Below are positions 9,170-19,359 of a stretch of DNA of 64,000 nucleotides, piece after piece. The position numbers were made by a program, and so were the translations under genes. The notes beneath the pieces are model-generated. The model was not told the origin of the DNA. It searched no databases and saw nothing but the letters and a program-made list of their open reading frames with translations. The DNA comes from a virus. How positions within the stretch are numbered: the stretch's first letter is position 1; the number at the start of each line of letters is the position of its first letter. The DNA is taken from IMG/VR virus record IMGVR_UViG_3300046616_000188, one strand, 5' to 3'.

Positions 9170-11276
9170 TTACCACTCTCTTAACGCACTACTGGCAATT
9201 CCCACGCACGATGGAAAAGTAAATTTCGACGCCGACAAAGAGGCGGCGCGTCAGTATTTTTTGAATCATATAAACCAAAATACCGTTTTCTTCCATTCTC
9301 TGGAAGAGAAAATCGCATACCTTATCGAGAATGAATATTACGAGCAAGACGTTTTTGATCTATATAAATTTGAAGATATCAAAAACCTATTCAAGACTAT
9401 CTACGATGTAAAATTCCGCTTCCCCTCATTCATGGGAGCTTTTAAATTTTATACTCAATACGCGATGAAGACGTTTGATGGCGAACGCTACATCGAACGC
9501 TACGAAGATCGCGTCTGCATGACAGCGCTCTACCTTGGCCGTGGCGATTTAGCTCTGGCGAAAGATATCGCTTCTGCCATTGTTAAGGGTGAATACCAAC
9601 CTGCTACGCCCACCTTCCTTAACTCCGGTAAGAAGCAACGCGGCGAACTTGTTTCATGCTTCCTTCTCCGTGTCGAAGATAATATGGAAAGCATCAGTCG
9701 TGCCATTAACTCTTCGCTTCAACTTTCTAAGCGCGGAGGCGGTGTTGCTCTCCTCCTCACAAACCTTCGTGAAGCCGGTGCGCCGATCAAGAAAATTGAG
9801 AATCAAAGTTCAGGCGTTGTGCCCGTTATGAAAATTCTGGAAGATTCGTTCTCTTATGCGAATCAACTTGGTGCTCGACAGGGGGCAGGCGCGGTTTACC
9901 TCAACGTCCATCACCCCGACATTTTGACATTCCTCGACACGAAGCGTGAGAACGCTGATGAAAAGGTTCGCATCAAGACTCTCTCCCTTGGCTTAGTTGT
10001 TCCAGATATTACGTTCGAATTGGCAAAGAAGAATGAAGACATGTTCTTGTTTTCACCTTATGATGTTGAACGCGTCTACGGTAAACCGATGTCTGAAGTT
10101 TCTATTACAGAGAATTACTATGACATGGTGGCAAACACTGAGATTCGCAAGAAGTCAATCTCGGCTCGTGAACTGTTCCAAATCATCGCTAAGATTCAAT
10201 TTGAATCCGGTTATCCATATCTGATGTTTGAAGACACTGTCAATAAGTTAAATCCTATTGATGGCGTGATCAACATGTCTAACCTTTGCTCAGAAATCCT
10301 ACAGGTAAACACCCCTTCTGTTTATGAAGACGATTTGGGCTACAAAGTTATTGGCAAAGACATTTCGTGTAATCTAGGTTCTCTTAACATTTACAACGCG
10401 ATGAAATCTGCCGATCTTGGTAGACTAGTTAGAACTTCGATCCTTGCCTTGAACACTGTTTCCGAAATGTCGTCTCTCGATAGCGTTCCTTCTATCCGTG
10501 AGGGTAATGCCAAGAGTCATGCCATCGGCTTGGGCCAAATGAATCTTCACGGCTATCTTGGTAGTGAAAAAATTCATTACGGCTCTGAGGAATCTGTTGA
10601 CTTTACAAACATTTACTTTTATACAGTTTTATATCACGCATTGAAAGCTTCGAACGAACTGGCTAAGCTCCGTGGTAAATCATTCGACGGCTTTGAAAAA
10701 AGCGCTTACGCCGATGGGTCGTTCTTTGATAAATACATTAATCAAAAGTGGGAACCGAAGACTGAGCGTGTGAAAGAACTTTTCGATGGTAAGTTTATCC
10801 CGGCACAGGGAGATTGGGTCGATCTGGCTCAAGCCATTGTTATTGATGGTTTGTATAATCAAAATCTTCAGGCCGTTCCTCCTACAGGTTCAATCTCTTA
10901 TATCAACAATGCTACATCTTCGATTCACCCGATTGTCGAAAAGATCGAAGCTCGCAAAGAAGGTAAGATTGGTCGCGTTTATTACCCCGCACCACATCTC
11001 ACAAATGATAACTCGGAATATTTTGCCGATGCTTACGAAATTGGGCCAGAAAAAATTATTGATATCTATGCCGCCGCTACTCAGCACGTGGATCAAGGCC
11101 TGTCTCTGACATTGTTCTTCCCCGAGACGGCGACGACAAAAGATATCAACAAGGCTCAGATTTATGCGTGGAAGAAAGGTATCAAGACAATTTATTATAT
11201 TAGAATTCGCAAAAAAGCTTTGGAAGCGAAAACAATAGAAGTAACTGAAGACTCTTGCGAAAGCTGCGTACTATGA
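9162..11276 (+). CDS. nrdE: Ribonucleotide reductase class Ib alpha subunit
   Basis: [42 protein letters not shown]-terminal CESC; uninterrupted. Confidence 0.97.
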   Translation: MLDYHSLNALLAIPTHDGKVNFDADKEAARQYFLNHINQNTVFFHSLEEKIAYLIENEYYEQDVFDLYKFEDIKNLFKTIYDVKFRFPSFMGAFKFYTQYAMKTFDGERYIERYEDRVCMTALYLGRGDLALAKDIASAIVKGEYQPATPTFLNSGKKQRGELVSCFLLRVEDNMESISRAINSSLQLSKRGGGVALLLTNLREAGAPIKKIENQSSGVVPVMKILEDSFSYANQLGARQGAGAVYLNVHHPDILTFLDTKRENADEKVRIKTLSLGLVVPDITFELAKKNEDMFLFSPYDVERVYGKPMSEVSITENYYDMVANTEIRKKSISARELFQIIAKIQFESGYPYLMFEDTVNKLNPIDGVINMSNLCSEILQVNTPSVYEDDLGYKVIGKDISCNLGSLNIYNAMKSADLGRLVRTSILALNTVSEMSSLDSVPSIREGNAKSHAIGLGQMNLHGYLGSEKIHYGSEESVDFTNIYFYTVLYHALKASNELAKLRGKSFDGFEKSAYADGSFFDKYINQKWEPKTERVKELFDGKFIPAQGDWVDLAQAIVIDGLYNQNLQAVPPTGSISYINNATSSIHPIVEKIEARKEGKIGRVYYPAPHLTNDNSEYFADAYEIGPEKIIDIYAAATQHVDQGLSLTLFFPETATTKDINKAQIYAWKKGIKTIYYIRIRKKALEAKTIEVTEDSCESCVL

Positions 11277-12220
11277 ATTTCTCTGGTGCTATTAATTGGA
11301 ATCAATTAGAAGATAACATGGATTTGGAAGTCTGGAACCGCATGACTTCCAATTTCTGGCTCCCCGAAAAAATCGCACTATCTAACGATATTGTGTCGTG
11401 GTCCACGATGAGCGAGATAGAAAAAGATACGTCGGTTAAGGTCTTTACCGGCCTTACGTATCTTGACCACTTACAAAGTTCAACTGGTGCCCCTTCTCTC
11501 ATGGTAGATGCCGTGACACAGCACGAAGAAGCTAACCTCGCTTTCATTGGTGCGATGGAGGCAATTCATGCTAGGTCCTATTCTTCAGTGTTTGCCACGC
11601 TGTGTAGCTCTTCTGAAATCGCGCAAGCGTTTGAATGGGCGAAAAACAATAAGCATCTTCAGCAGAAATATGAAATAGTAAACAAGTATTATGATGGAAC
11701 CGATCCTCTTATGAAGAAAGCGGCTTCGGTATTTCTAGAAAGCTTTATGTTTTACTCAGGTTTCTACTTGCCCCTTAAATTGTCGGCAAGGAAAAAACTT
11801 ACTAATACTGCGGATATTATTAAATTAATTATTGCAGATGAGGCGGTACATGGTTATTACATTGGATATAAATTCCAAGTAGCGGCCCGAAAGCTTTCTC
11901 AGCCAGATCGAGACGAGTTGGAGCAAAAAGTTAAAATCCTTCTCAACTCACTTTACGCCGTAGAAACGGCGTATGCTTATGAAATTTATAAAGATATAGG
12001 TTGGTACGAAGAAGTCATTCCGTTTCTTAACTACAATGCAAACAAAGCTCTGATGAATTTAGGCTATGACGAAATGTTCGACTTTAGTGAAACACAAGCC
12101 GATCCTTCTGTCATTGCCGCACTCACGTCAGACGATAATCATGACTTTTTCTCTGGCGCAGGCTCAAACTACGTCATGGGTAAAGCAGTAGATACAGACG
12201 ACTCAGATTGGGATTTTTAA
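11273..12220 (+). CDS. nrdF: Ribonucleotide reductase class Ib beta subunit
   Basis: NFWLPEKI, metal ligands D..., [25 protein letters not shown]. Confidence 0.96.
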   Translation: MNFSGAINWNQLEDNMDLEVWNRMTSNFWLPEKIALSNDIVSWSTMSEIEKDTSVKVFTGLTYLDHLQSSTGAPSLMVDAVTQHEEANLAFIGAMEAIHARSYSSVFATLCSSSEIAQAFEWAKNNKHLQQKYEIVNKYYDGTDPLMKKAASVFLESFMFYSGFYLPLKLSARKKLTNTADIIKLIIADEAVHGYYIGYKFQVAARKLSQPDRDELEQKVKILLNSLYAVETAYAYEIYKDIGWYEEVIPFLNYNANKALMNLGYDEMFDFSETQADPSVIAALTSDDNHDFFSGAGSNYVMGKAVDTDDSDWDF

Positions 12221-12222
12221 AA

Positions 12223-12468
12223 ATGTTTACGGTATATAGCAGAGATAATTGTGGGTTTTGCGTCAAGGCCTACGACCTTCTGGAAAAGAAGGGTGAAACT
12301 TATAAAAGCGAAAAATTAGACACAGACGAAAAGGTGCAAGCCTTTATCGCTAAGGGTTTCAAACAGGTGCCGCAAATTTATCATAACGATGAGCATATAG
12401 GCGGATACGATAAGCTTGAAGCTTGGTACGCCGCGAGAGAAGTAGACGATAGTGCATTTGATGAATAA
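12223..12468 (+). CDS. nrdH: Glutaredoxin-like NrdH
   Basis: CGFC active site, QVPQI, IGGYD. Confidence 0.85.
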   Translation: MFTVYSRDNCGFCVKAYDLLEKKGETYKSEKLDTDEKVQAFIAKGFKQVPQIYHNDEHIGGYDKLEAWYAAREVDDSAFDE

Positions 12469-12500
12469 AAAGAAACCCCGCAATTGCGGGGTTTTTCTTT
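12468..12500. terminator. Bidirectional intrinsic terminator between convergent operons
   Basis: AAACCCCGC-AATT-GCGGGGTTT flanked by A and T tracts. Confidence 0.85.
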
Positions 12501-12750
12501 ATCTTTTATTATTTCTAACCATTCCATAACTAGAACTTAAACCATAGCGATCCTCGATTGCTTTGTTTAATGCAGTACCACCTTTATAAATATCATCTGC
12601 TATAGAAGCTTTTATTACCACGTTAATGATTTCAGGTTTTGCAGCTTCGAAAAGTTTCAGGACATGTTCAGCCCCTAGCCTTTCAAATTCTTCCACCGTG
12701 ATATCTACAGTAACATCTCCTGACGTGATCAGCATTACTTCTGGCCCCAT
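12499..12750 (-). CDS. Small protein resembling the C-terminus of the tape measure protein
   Basis: KGGTALNKAIEDRYG versus KGGTNLNKAIEARYG in the tape measure protein. Confidence 0.65.
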   Translation of the reverse strand: MGPEVMLITSGDVTVDITVEEFERLGAEHVLKLFEAAKPEIINVVIKASIADDIYKGGTALNKAIEDRYGLSSSYGMVRNNKR

Positions 12751-13040
12751 TCTTCTTTTAGCTTGAGCGCGTTTGCGTTCTGCTTGTCGATCAACGCTGT
12801 TAGCTCTTTAAGTTTTAATTTACAATTGAGTCTAGCATCGTTTAATTTGGCAATAAATTCCCCTACTTCACGTTCAGTGTAAACACCCGTTGGCCTCTTG
12901 GGAAGTCCTGAGCAGGTGCGTAACGCAGCTGGAATCTCTATCGTATAAATTAAAGGCTCGTATTTAGTTATCGTCGTGCATCCGCTCAAGCTGACGCTGC
13001 AAGAGAGGAGACACAGCCCCATTATCGCTTTCAGGTTCAT
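12735..13040 (-). CDS. o-spanin (Rz1-like lipoprotein)
   Basis: Signal peptide with lipobox LSGC, Pro/Cys-rich, overlaps the i-spanin. Confidence 0.85.
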   Translation of the reverse strand: MNLKAIMGLCLLSCSVSLSGCTTITKYEPLIYTIEIPAALRTCSGLPKRPTGVYTEREVGEFIAKLNDARLNCKLKLKELTALIDKQNANALKLKEEWGQK

Positions 13041-13299
13041 TTCTTAAAATCTCCAATTCGTCTTCTAATTTTTGTGTCGCTTCGTTCTGTTGTGTTAAAA
13101 GATTCTCTAGAGACTGCTGCGCCGCTTTAGAATTATCTACTTCTAATTTTTTGGAAGTAAAGGCAGCTTTGAAGTTATCTCTTTCAATGCCTATTTGCAG
13201 AACGTCGTTTTTTAATTTTTGGTTCGCGGCGTACATGGAGCTAAAAGCTCCAAATACGAGTAGACCAACAATTACGTATGCTCCAATTTTCTCAAACAT
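12964..13299 (-). CDS. i-spanin (Rz-like)
   Basis: N-terminal TM helix followed by a coiled coil; follows the endolysin. Confidence 0.85.
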   Translation of the reverse strand: MFEKIGAYVIVGLLVFGAFSSMYAANQKLKNDVLQIGIERDNFKAAFTSKKLEVDNSKAAQQSLENLLTQQNEATQKLEDELEILRNEPESDNGAVSPLLQRQLERMHDDN

Positions 13300-14375
13300 T
13301 ATTTATCCTCAAATGCTTTTCGGTAATTTTTATAAGCCGAAATAATCTTTTCCTGAGCAAAAATACCAAGTGCAGCAATGATCAAGAGGCTTAGGAAGAT
13401 GGCTACAAGGATGCGCCAGTCTTGGAACCACGCCAGCGATCCAGCGAACGGAATCGATGTGAACCAATAACCGAAACGACCAAAGAAACCGGGCTGCATC
13501 GAAGGCGGCTGGCCAAGTACGGCGCTTGGGTCTTGACCTTGATCTTCAACAACTTCGGCAAGCTTCTGCTTCGTCAATGGTCCTACCTCACCATCCACGG
13601 TCAATCCATTTTCTTCCTGAAACTGCTTCACAACTTCCTGAGTATGGCCACCAAAATCACCATCAGCGTCTACGTCATAACCAGCGGTTTGTAGCGCGCT
13701 TTGGACCGCAACAACATCAGCGCCCTTAGTTCCGATATCTACGGTTGGGTTACTGTAAGAAACCGGAGTAAACTTAGAGCTATTCAATTTGGCCTGCCAC
13801 TTGCGATCAGCATTAGCGAGCTTGACGTGGTAGTTGTTTGCTTTAAATTCTTTTCCATTATATCCAGCTGCGAATACTTCCCATTTAGCATCTTTCAAAG
13901 CTTGAAAAATACCTTTGGCTTGGGCGAATTTAATGATGCCTTCAAGTTGATTAGCTTCACTCTGCGCCAGCCATTGCACCAATGAAAGCGCGGTGGGGAA
14001 TCCCAACATGGCGTGATTGAAGCCCATGACTTGGCCCATGCCGAACGATGTTGACATGGCTGCAACCTCGTCGCCAGCGATTGAGGCGCAAAGATCAATT
14101 CTGTCATATGAAGTCTTGGGATAATTTCTTACCCAAGTCTTATACGCAATACCAGCTTTTACAAGCTTGTCTCGCACAGCGCCTTTGGTGTAGCGATATG
14201 CCACGTGGGGCTCGTACAGCGCGATCAAACGATTTGCGCTGTCGTAGCCCGATCCACGTGCTTCTACTTCTGCAACGGCTCTGAGACGCGATTCAGGGAT
14301 GTTATATTTCGTGGCTAGAGCGGTGAAATCAGCCGCGCTAATTTTTCGCCCTGTGCCGTAATAAAAGTTTGTCAT
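13299..14375 (-). CDS. Endolysin: N-acetylmuramidase (DUF3380-like), PG-binding domain and C-terminal TM segment
   Basis: AVAEVEARGSG, STSFGMGQVMGFN; DGDFGGHT...FQ...DGEVGPLT PG-binding motif; hydrophobic C-terminus. Confidence 0.88.
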   Translation of the reverse strand: MTNFYYGTGRKISAADFTALATKYNIPESRLRAVAEVEARGSGYDSANRLIALYEPHVAYRYTKGAVRDKLVKAGIAYKTWVRNYPKTSYDRIDLCASIAGDEVAAMSTSFGMGQVMGFNHAMLGFPTALSLVQWLAQSEANQLEGIIKFAQAKGIFQALKDAKWEVFAAGYNGKEFKANNYHVKLANADRKWQAKLNSSKFTPVSYSNPTVDIGTKGADVVAVQSALQTAGYDVDADGDFGGHTQEVVKQFQEENGLTVDGEVGPLTKQKLAEVVEDQGQDPSAVLGQPPSMQPGFFGRFGYWFTSIPFAGSLAWFQDWRILVAIFLSLLIIAALGIFAQEKIISAYKNYRKAFEDK

Positions 14376-17300
14376 TACGTTACCAATCTGCTAAATTGTG
14401 ATGAATAGAGATAACCATTGCCACCGGCATAACTATCGATTGTACTTACTCTGTAATAATATGTCGTGCCCGACGCTAGGCCTGTGATAGATACGCCCAA
14501 GGCATTTCCATCAAATACTCTGTTACCCACGGCAGGGGTAAAGCCATTGGTGGTGCTCATGAACACTTGATACTTAGTCACATCAGATAATGCGACAGCG
14601 CTCCAAGTAATATCAATTCTGCCCGCTGAAGGGCTTGTTGAACTAATTGTCGTTGGGGCAGGAGGTGCAGTATCAGCGACATTCAATGTAGTTTCAGGAC
14701 CAGTCAAACTTGCGTTTTCTGCATTGACTTTGACCGAGAAATTACGCCAAGGTCCACCATCTGCCACTATCTGCGAGTTGCTATAAAAATAATTATTGGT
14801 AGTGACTGTGGTCGTTCTGATCAGTGCGCCAACGTTATTATAAATTTTAACTCTGTATAAATTAGCGCTTGTTACAGTGTTCCATTGAATATTAGATTCA
14901 ACGCCGGTATAAGGATTGGCAATTGATAATCCAGTAACCGCGCCAAGGGTTAGACCAAGAATTTGGTCCACTACCGCAGCGGATTCGCCGTAATCATTTA
15001 TTGCGTAAACATTAACTTGGATTCTGGACCAAGGTCCGCCTACCGCTGTAACTTCTGAAGAAGTCCAAGACAAGAAAGGAGAACTAACAGTTTTTGAAAG
15101 TTTAACGGTGTTAAACGTTCCACTGCCGGGAGAACTTTCAATCAGCACTTCCCCTCGGTAAGACGTGGCACGAGGCGCGGCGTTAAACGTTGCCTGAATC
15201 GTACCGCCGTTGACATCAGCTGTCGCATCTAGATTACTTACAAGACCCGGCGTTAGTGAAGGCGTGCCGAAGTTTTGCGGATTAGGATTGATGTACTTCC
15301 AAGGTCCAATAATATTATTTAAAGCCGCAACCCTTACATAAACATCACCAGCATTCGCAATAATCTGAAAGTTAGTGTTTGGCCCGCTATAAACCGTTAG
15401 CCAATTGATGCCGTCGTAAGAAATTTGCAGAATATAGCTCGTGGCTCCAATAGCACCGGCCCACATTGCGTTGATCAATACTGGATCGCTGCCGCTCAAA
15501 GGGTCTTGAGAAATATGCAAACTTGTGATGGATGGTCCATCTGGAATAACACCGGGGCCTAAATATGTTACACCGGGAGGAGGTGTACCAGCATCGGCGG
15601 CATAAACCCTAGGGTCATCTATCACAAGAGATAGATCAACTTTATCAACACCTCTCATTGTGGTGCCGACAACAATAAATCTTTTCTTGTACTCAGTTGT
15701 GGAACCTAATACAAAAGCCGTTTCTTTTGCATCTCCTTCCAGAGACAGCACCTCTTCAATGGTCATCCCCTGAGAAAGTTCTAGGGCTTCCAACGATCCC
15801 GTTTCTAACCTCACTTCGTTAGAGAAATCATTTTCAAATACTTCTATAGGCCCAAACTCTTTGCCGTCGCGTCTTCTCAGAGAAATGTAATTAGGCTGTG
15901 CCCCACTTAATGTTACACTCCTATCAAAAATTAAAACCTTATCAATCGGTAAGTAATCTGCCACAAGGCCGTTTTGTGACCATCCCGGTACGTCATGGCT
16001 GACAATTACTGGATCACCTTTAAGCAATAGTCTTCCATCTGCTTCGGTAGAAACCGATGCAAAAATTCGCCTATATGAATTAGACGCCGCTCGATACATT
16101 CCTTCGCGCCAAGCCTGCGATCTATTAGTGATGCCAAATATTTGAACCCTAGCTGGCTTAGTTGAATTAGAACCGGGTAATGTGCATTGAACTTCAGAAT
16201 TTACCCACGTCGTGCTATCCATAAATTCAACAATTACGTCATCGGCACTGTCTTCACCTTTAGCAATATGCGTAGACTTAAAAGTGTTTTTTAGAATTGA
16301 CTGAGGCGTGATAACTGTGCGCGCCAAGGCTCGCTGCTGATCCCTGACGAACGTAATCATTCCCGCGACTAGAATTGGCTGCGTTCTGACAACAGAAAGA
16401 ACAGACGTTAGCGCGTCCCAAAGGGTCTTCGACGTGTCAAACACCCCATTGAACGAATCCCCTCTAGCGGTATAAACACTGTGTAGGTTTGAAAGTTTCT
16501 GAATATCAATTCGACTATCTGGCAATCCCGCGCCATATACGGTATTTCTTAATATATCAGCTGCGATCCAAGCTGGTGAGTTAGTGTAAACCGGCGAAGT
16601 CCAACTCTGAGACGCATCACTCCATGTTGGAAGTTTGCTTCTTTGGATCGTGTTGATTTGTGTCGAGCTTTGATTTGTCAGCTGATTCGACGCTCTAATC
16701 TTTACTGCAAGAAGTGTGACATCTGGATAAATGTTGTCATCTGGAATAAAGGCGCGCAGGGCTTGCCAAATAATGTCGTTACCGTAACGAGCATCAGTTT
16801 GTTTTGTGCTAGTTCTTCTTACTTGAACTTCGTATCGACCTAGACTTACGTATATATCTCTTGTGTAACGACGCTGTGTCTGATCGGCCAATGTAAATGA
16901 TTCATTTAATACAGTGACGAATGAACCGATTGGATCACCAACGTTATTGATCTCTCTTACTTGCACGGTATAACTGACTGAAGCATTGCTAAGACCTCCA
17001 GCGTCATTAGCGTAATACAGACCGCGCGGTAAAACAATATCAACTTGTAAATGGTCCGTGGCTTGGTTGTTCGGGTTGGCCACGTAAGGGCCTACCCAAT
17101 CCGAAGTGTTGATCATCTCCTGTCCATTTACTTCTGACGAAGTATTGACGTTGGATGGAAACAACGTGATGCGGCCACCGGGAGGAATAATCTCTAACTG
17201 AACGTTAGAGAAAGTGCTGCTCAATCCAGTAGATGAGTCCCAAAGCTCTGTCTCACCAATATTAATCTTATCTACATCGTAATAACCCACACCTAGGCAG

Positions 17301-17884
17301 AGCAATTCGTAGAGATACTGATCATTATTTTCGAAATTTTGATACGGCTGTGACGCAAAGTCTGGAAATAGGATATGCTTCCCATAAAGCCTTGGGATAG
17401 GTTCTAACAGACGCGCTCTGTTGCCTTGGGCTTCCAAGTTATATGTAGGGCTAGCAGCTTCACTTGATTGCTGAGACTTGCTCTTTGGAACGTTAGGTCC
17501 TAGGAACGCATTAATTAAAAATGTTCCGCCAAGAACGATAGCTGCTGAAATAAGCCCTAAGCCAATAGCACTTGTGACACCAATAAGTCCGCCAATGGCT
17601 CCTGCGAGCGGGCCTGCGACAATGCCTAAAGCAATAACAGCAATTGTTCTTAAAATATTTTTAAACTGCTGTCCACGAGGGATGATGATGAATTTAATTT
17701 CATCCTCTTTGATGCCAATCGTTTTACCCCAATCCTTACGAAAGATCGGTTCGCCGTTTCTGACACAGATTACTGGCTCGCTTTTATAGGGCGCACCTAG
17801 TCTATCAGCTAGATCATAATAAGTGTCGCTGCAAACATAGTTGTCAAATTTTAATTTTGCAAATGGTGTGTTATATTCAATCAT
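14375..17884 (-). CDS. Central tail tip / host-specificity protein (lambda J-like) with C-terminal FN3 domains
   Basis: 1169 aa; NRARLLEPIPRLYG, tail-module position, FN3-like C-terminus. Confidence 0.88.
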   Translation of the reverse strand: MIEYNTPFAKLKFDNYVCSDTYYDLADRLGAPYKSEPVICVRNGEPIFRKDWGKTIGIKEDEIKFIIIPRGQQFKNILRTIAVIALGIVAGPLAGAIGGLIGVTSAIGLGLISAAIVLGGTFLINAFLGPNVPKSKSQQSSEAASPTYNLEAQGNRARLLEPIPRLYGKHILFPDFASQPYQNFENNDQYLYELLCLGVGYYDVDKINIGETELWDSSTGLSSTFSNVQLEIIPPGGRITLFPSNVNTSSEVNGQEMINTSDWVGPYVANPNNQATDHLQVDIVLPRGLYYANDAGGLSNASVSYTVQVREINNVGDPIGSFVTVLNESFTLADQTQRRYTRDIYVSLGRYEVQVRRTSTKQTDARYGNDIIWQALRAFIPDDNIYPDVTLLAVKIRASNQLTNQSSTQINTIQRSKLPTWSDASQSWTSPVYTNSPAWIAADILRNTVYGAGLPDSRIDIQKLSNLHSVYTARGDSFNGVFDTSKTLWDALTSVLSVVRTQPILVAGMITFVRDQQRALARTVITPQSILKNTFKSTHIAKGEDSADDVIVEFMDSTTWVNSEVQCTLPGSNSTKPARVQIFGITNRSQAWREGMYRAASNSYRRIFASVSTEADGRLLLKGDPVIVSHDVPGWSQNGLVADYLPIDKVLIFDRSVTLSGAQPNYISLRRRDGKEFGPIEVFENDFSNEVRLETGSLEALELSQGMTIEEVLSLEGDAKETAFVLGSTTEYKKRFIVVGTTMRGVDKVDLSLVIDDPRVYAADAGTPPPGVTYLGPGVIPDGPSITSLHISQDPLSGSDPVLINAMWAGAIGATSYILQISYDGINWLTVYSGPNTNFQIIANAGDVYVRVAALNNIIGPWKYINPNPQNFGTPSLTPGLVSNLDATADVNGGTIQATFNAAPRATSYRGEVLIESSPGSGTFNTVKLSKTVSSPFLSWTSSEVTAVGGPWSRIQVNVYAINDYGESAAVVDQILGLTLGAVTGLSIANPYTGVESNIQWNTVTSANLYRVKIYNNVGALIRTTTVTTNNYFYSNSQIVADGGPWRNFSVKVNAENASLTGPETTLNVADTAPPAPTTISSTSPSAGRIDITWSAVALSDVTKYQVFMSTTNGFTPAVGNRVFDGNALGVSITGLASGTTYYYRVSTIDSYAGGNGYLYSSQFSRLVT

Positions 17885-18293
17885 TTTTGTACTTATAAAA
17901 ATTAAATCTACGCCAGCCTGAAGCTTTTAAAATAATTAGAGGATCAAAAGTTACACCAGCAACTGAGCAATGTAGAATTCCACCTCCATCAATATCGAGG
18001 TAGACACCTACATGATTGGGATGGAAAGAATTAGAAAGTTCAACTACGCCGCCGTGGGTGGGGTGATCTACTTTTTCCCAATTCTGATGCTCCGGGTGTT
18101 CCTTAATAAATTTAATCAAGTCTCGGACTTTGTCAGAAGGCGGTTCAATAATTTGTAGATCACGGCCAAAAGCTTCTTTCTGAATATGTCTGACCAGACC
18201 CCAGCAATCAAAAGTGTCTGGCCCCATGGAACCAGACTCATATTTTACGCCCAAAACAGAATAGACTAAATTAACTAATTCTTCATTGTTCAT
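17877..18293 (-). CDS. NlpC/P60 tail assembly protein (gpK-like)
   Basis: FDCWGLVR and HVGVYL...ILH motifs. Confidence 0.88.
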   Translation of the reverse strand: MNNEELVNLVYSVLGVKYESGSMGPDTFDCWGLVRHIQKEAFGRDLQIIEPPSDKVRDLIKFIKEHPEHQNWEKVDHPTHGGVVELSNSFHPNHVGVYLDIDGGGILHCSVAGVTFDPLIILKASGWRRFNFYKYKND

Positions 18294-18868
18294 TAGATTA
18301 GGCCTCTGAATTCCTCTGGCCTGTACAGTTTACCGGGGAAGTTTCTATTAACTAGGTCCGCGAAACTGGCAGTTGCCGTGACACGAGTAACAGTAGAATC
18401 AATTGATTGGATGGACATTCCATTTAAAATGAATTGAGGAACTTCCAAATCATTTAGTAAGTATTCTCTGTAGGTCACTTCGATGTTGGTATCTAGTTCA
18501 ACAACATCGTCAAGATATTTGCCGACTTCTCTCGTTACGTTATCAATAATAATTTCAATTGTTGGCAGACTTCCCTCTTGCTGTGACGGCAATTCAAAGT
18601 CAAACATGCAAGATACGTACTTAACAGTTTCACCAGCATCCATCGGTGCATCATCTTCAAGCTTTAATTCATACCCAAAAATGTCTGGATCACCTTCTTC
18701 AAGAAGTACACCGTAATCTCTTACCAGTCTGATCGGGGCAGGATTTCCATCACTATCTACAAAAGATGGGTGACGCAGTTCCAAAGTATATAAAATAATT
18801 ACGTCGGTTGGCGCTGATGCATATGCCTCTTGTATCGCCAAGCTCCAGATTTCGTCGGATGTAGTCAT
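18293..18868 (-). CDS. Minor tail protein (DUF1833-like)
   Basis: EAYASAP...TLELRHP, IDNV, FP..Y.PE.F.GL ending. Confidence 0.8.
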   Translation of the reverse strand: MTTSDEIWSLAIQEAYASAPTDVIILYTLELRHPSFVDSDGNPAPIRLVRDYGVLLEEGDPDIFGYELKLEDDAPMDAGETVKYVSCMFDFELPSQQEGSLPTIEIIIDNVTREVGKYLDDVVELDTNIEVTYREYLLNDLEVPQFILNGMSIQSIDSTVTRVTATASFADLVNRNFPGKLYRPEEFRGLI

Positions 18869-19350
18869 TAAATATAATCTGCCATAATTGTCGGATAAGT
18901 TTCATTTACTATAACTTGAAGAACATCTGCCATCTCTTCAGCAAACGCCGCGCCGTACAAGCTGATGAGATATGTGGCAAACGCATCGTAGTAGAAATAA
19001 TCTCTTACTTCTAATTTTACAGTCAATGTATATTGGTCCCAACCTTCATCCTTAATTTGATACTTTTCTGCAAATCTAGCTTTTCTTGAGTTGTACCCCA
19101 ATCCTTCCCAAATTGGGAACTGGAACCAACGGCTACCTTGCCTTAAAGTATTAAAATAAAAACCTCTGAAGACGGTAAATTCATCATTCGTTAATGTAAT
19201 AGTCCCATTATAAATTAGTGGAGGATTATTAAACCTAACTCTGACGAGTTGCGGACCATCGTCAAAATCAGTCCTAGCGGGCTCTCTCTCTTCAAGAGAG
19301 AAAGAGCCTCTATCTAGTTTATAATTAAGATTCGGTGGCCACTGTTCCAT
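18868..19350 (-). CDS. Distal tail protein (gpM-like)
   Basis: Directly after the tape measure gene; RTDFDDGP, FYFNTLRQGSRWF. Confidence 0.7.
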   Translation of the reverse strand: MEQWPPNLNYKLDRGSFSLEEREPARTDFDDGPQLVRVRFNNPPLIYNGTITLTNDEFTVFRGFYFNTLRQGSRWFQFPIWEGLGYNSRKARFAEKYQIKDEGWDQYTLTVKLEVRDYFYYDAFATYLISLYGAAFAEEMADVLQVIVNETYPTIMADYI

Positions 19351-19359
19351 AGCTATAAA

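Noticed and set aside
9162-12220. Introns or inteins in nrdE/nrdF or the polymerase
   Set aside because: Lengths and motif spacing are normal; no splice or intein motifs
11273-12220. Metal-free class Ie NrdF
   Set aside because: All carboxylate and His ligands are present
2-12468. Modified-base (e.g. 2-aminoadenine) pathway suggested by family A polymerase, dNMP kinase and MazG-like protein
   Set aside because: No PurZ, DatZ, hydroxymethylase or glycosyltransferase in the window; these genes are common in unmodified phages
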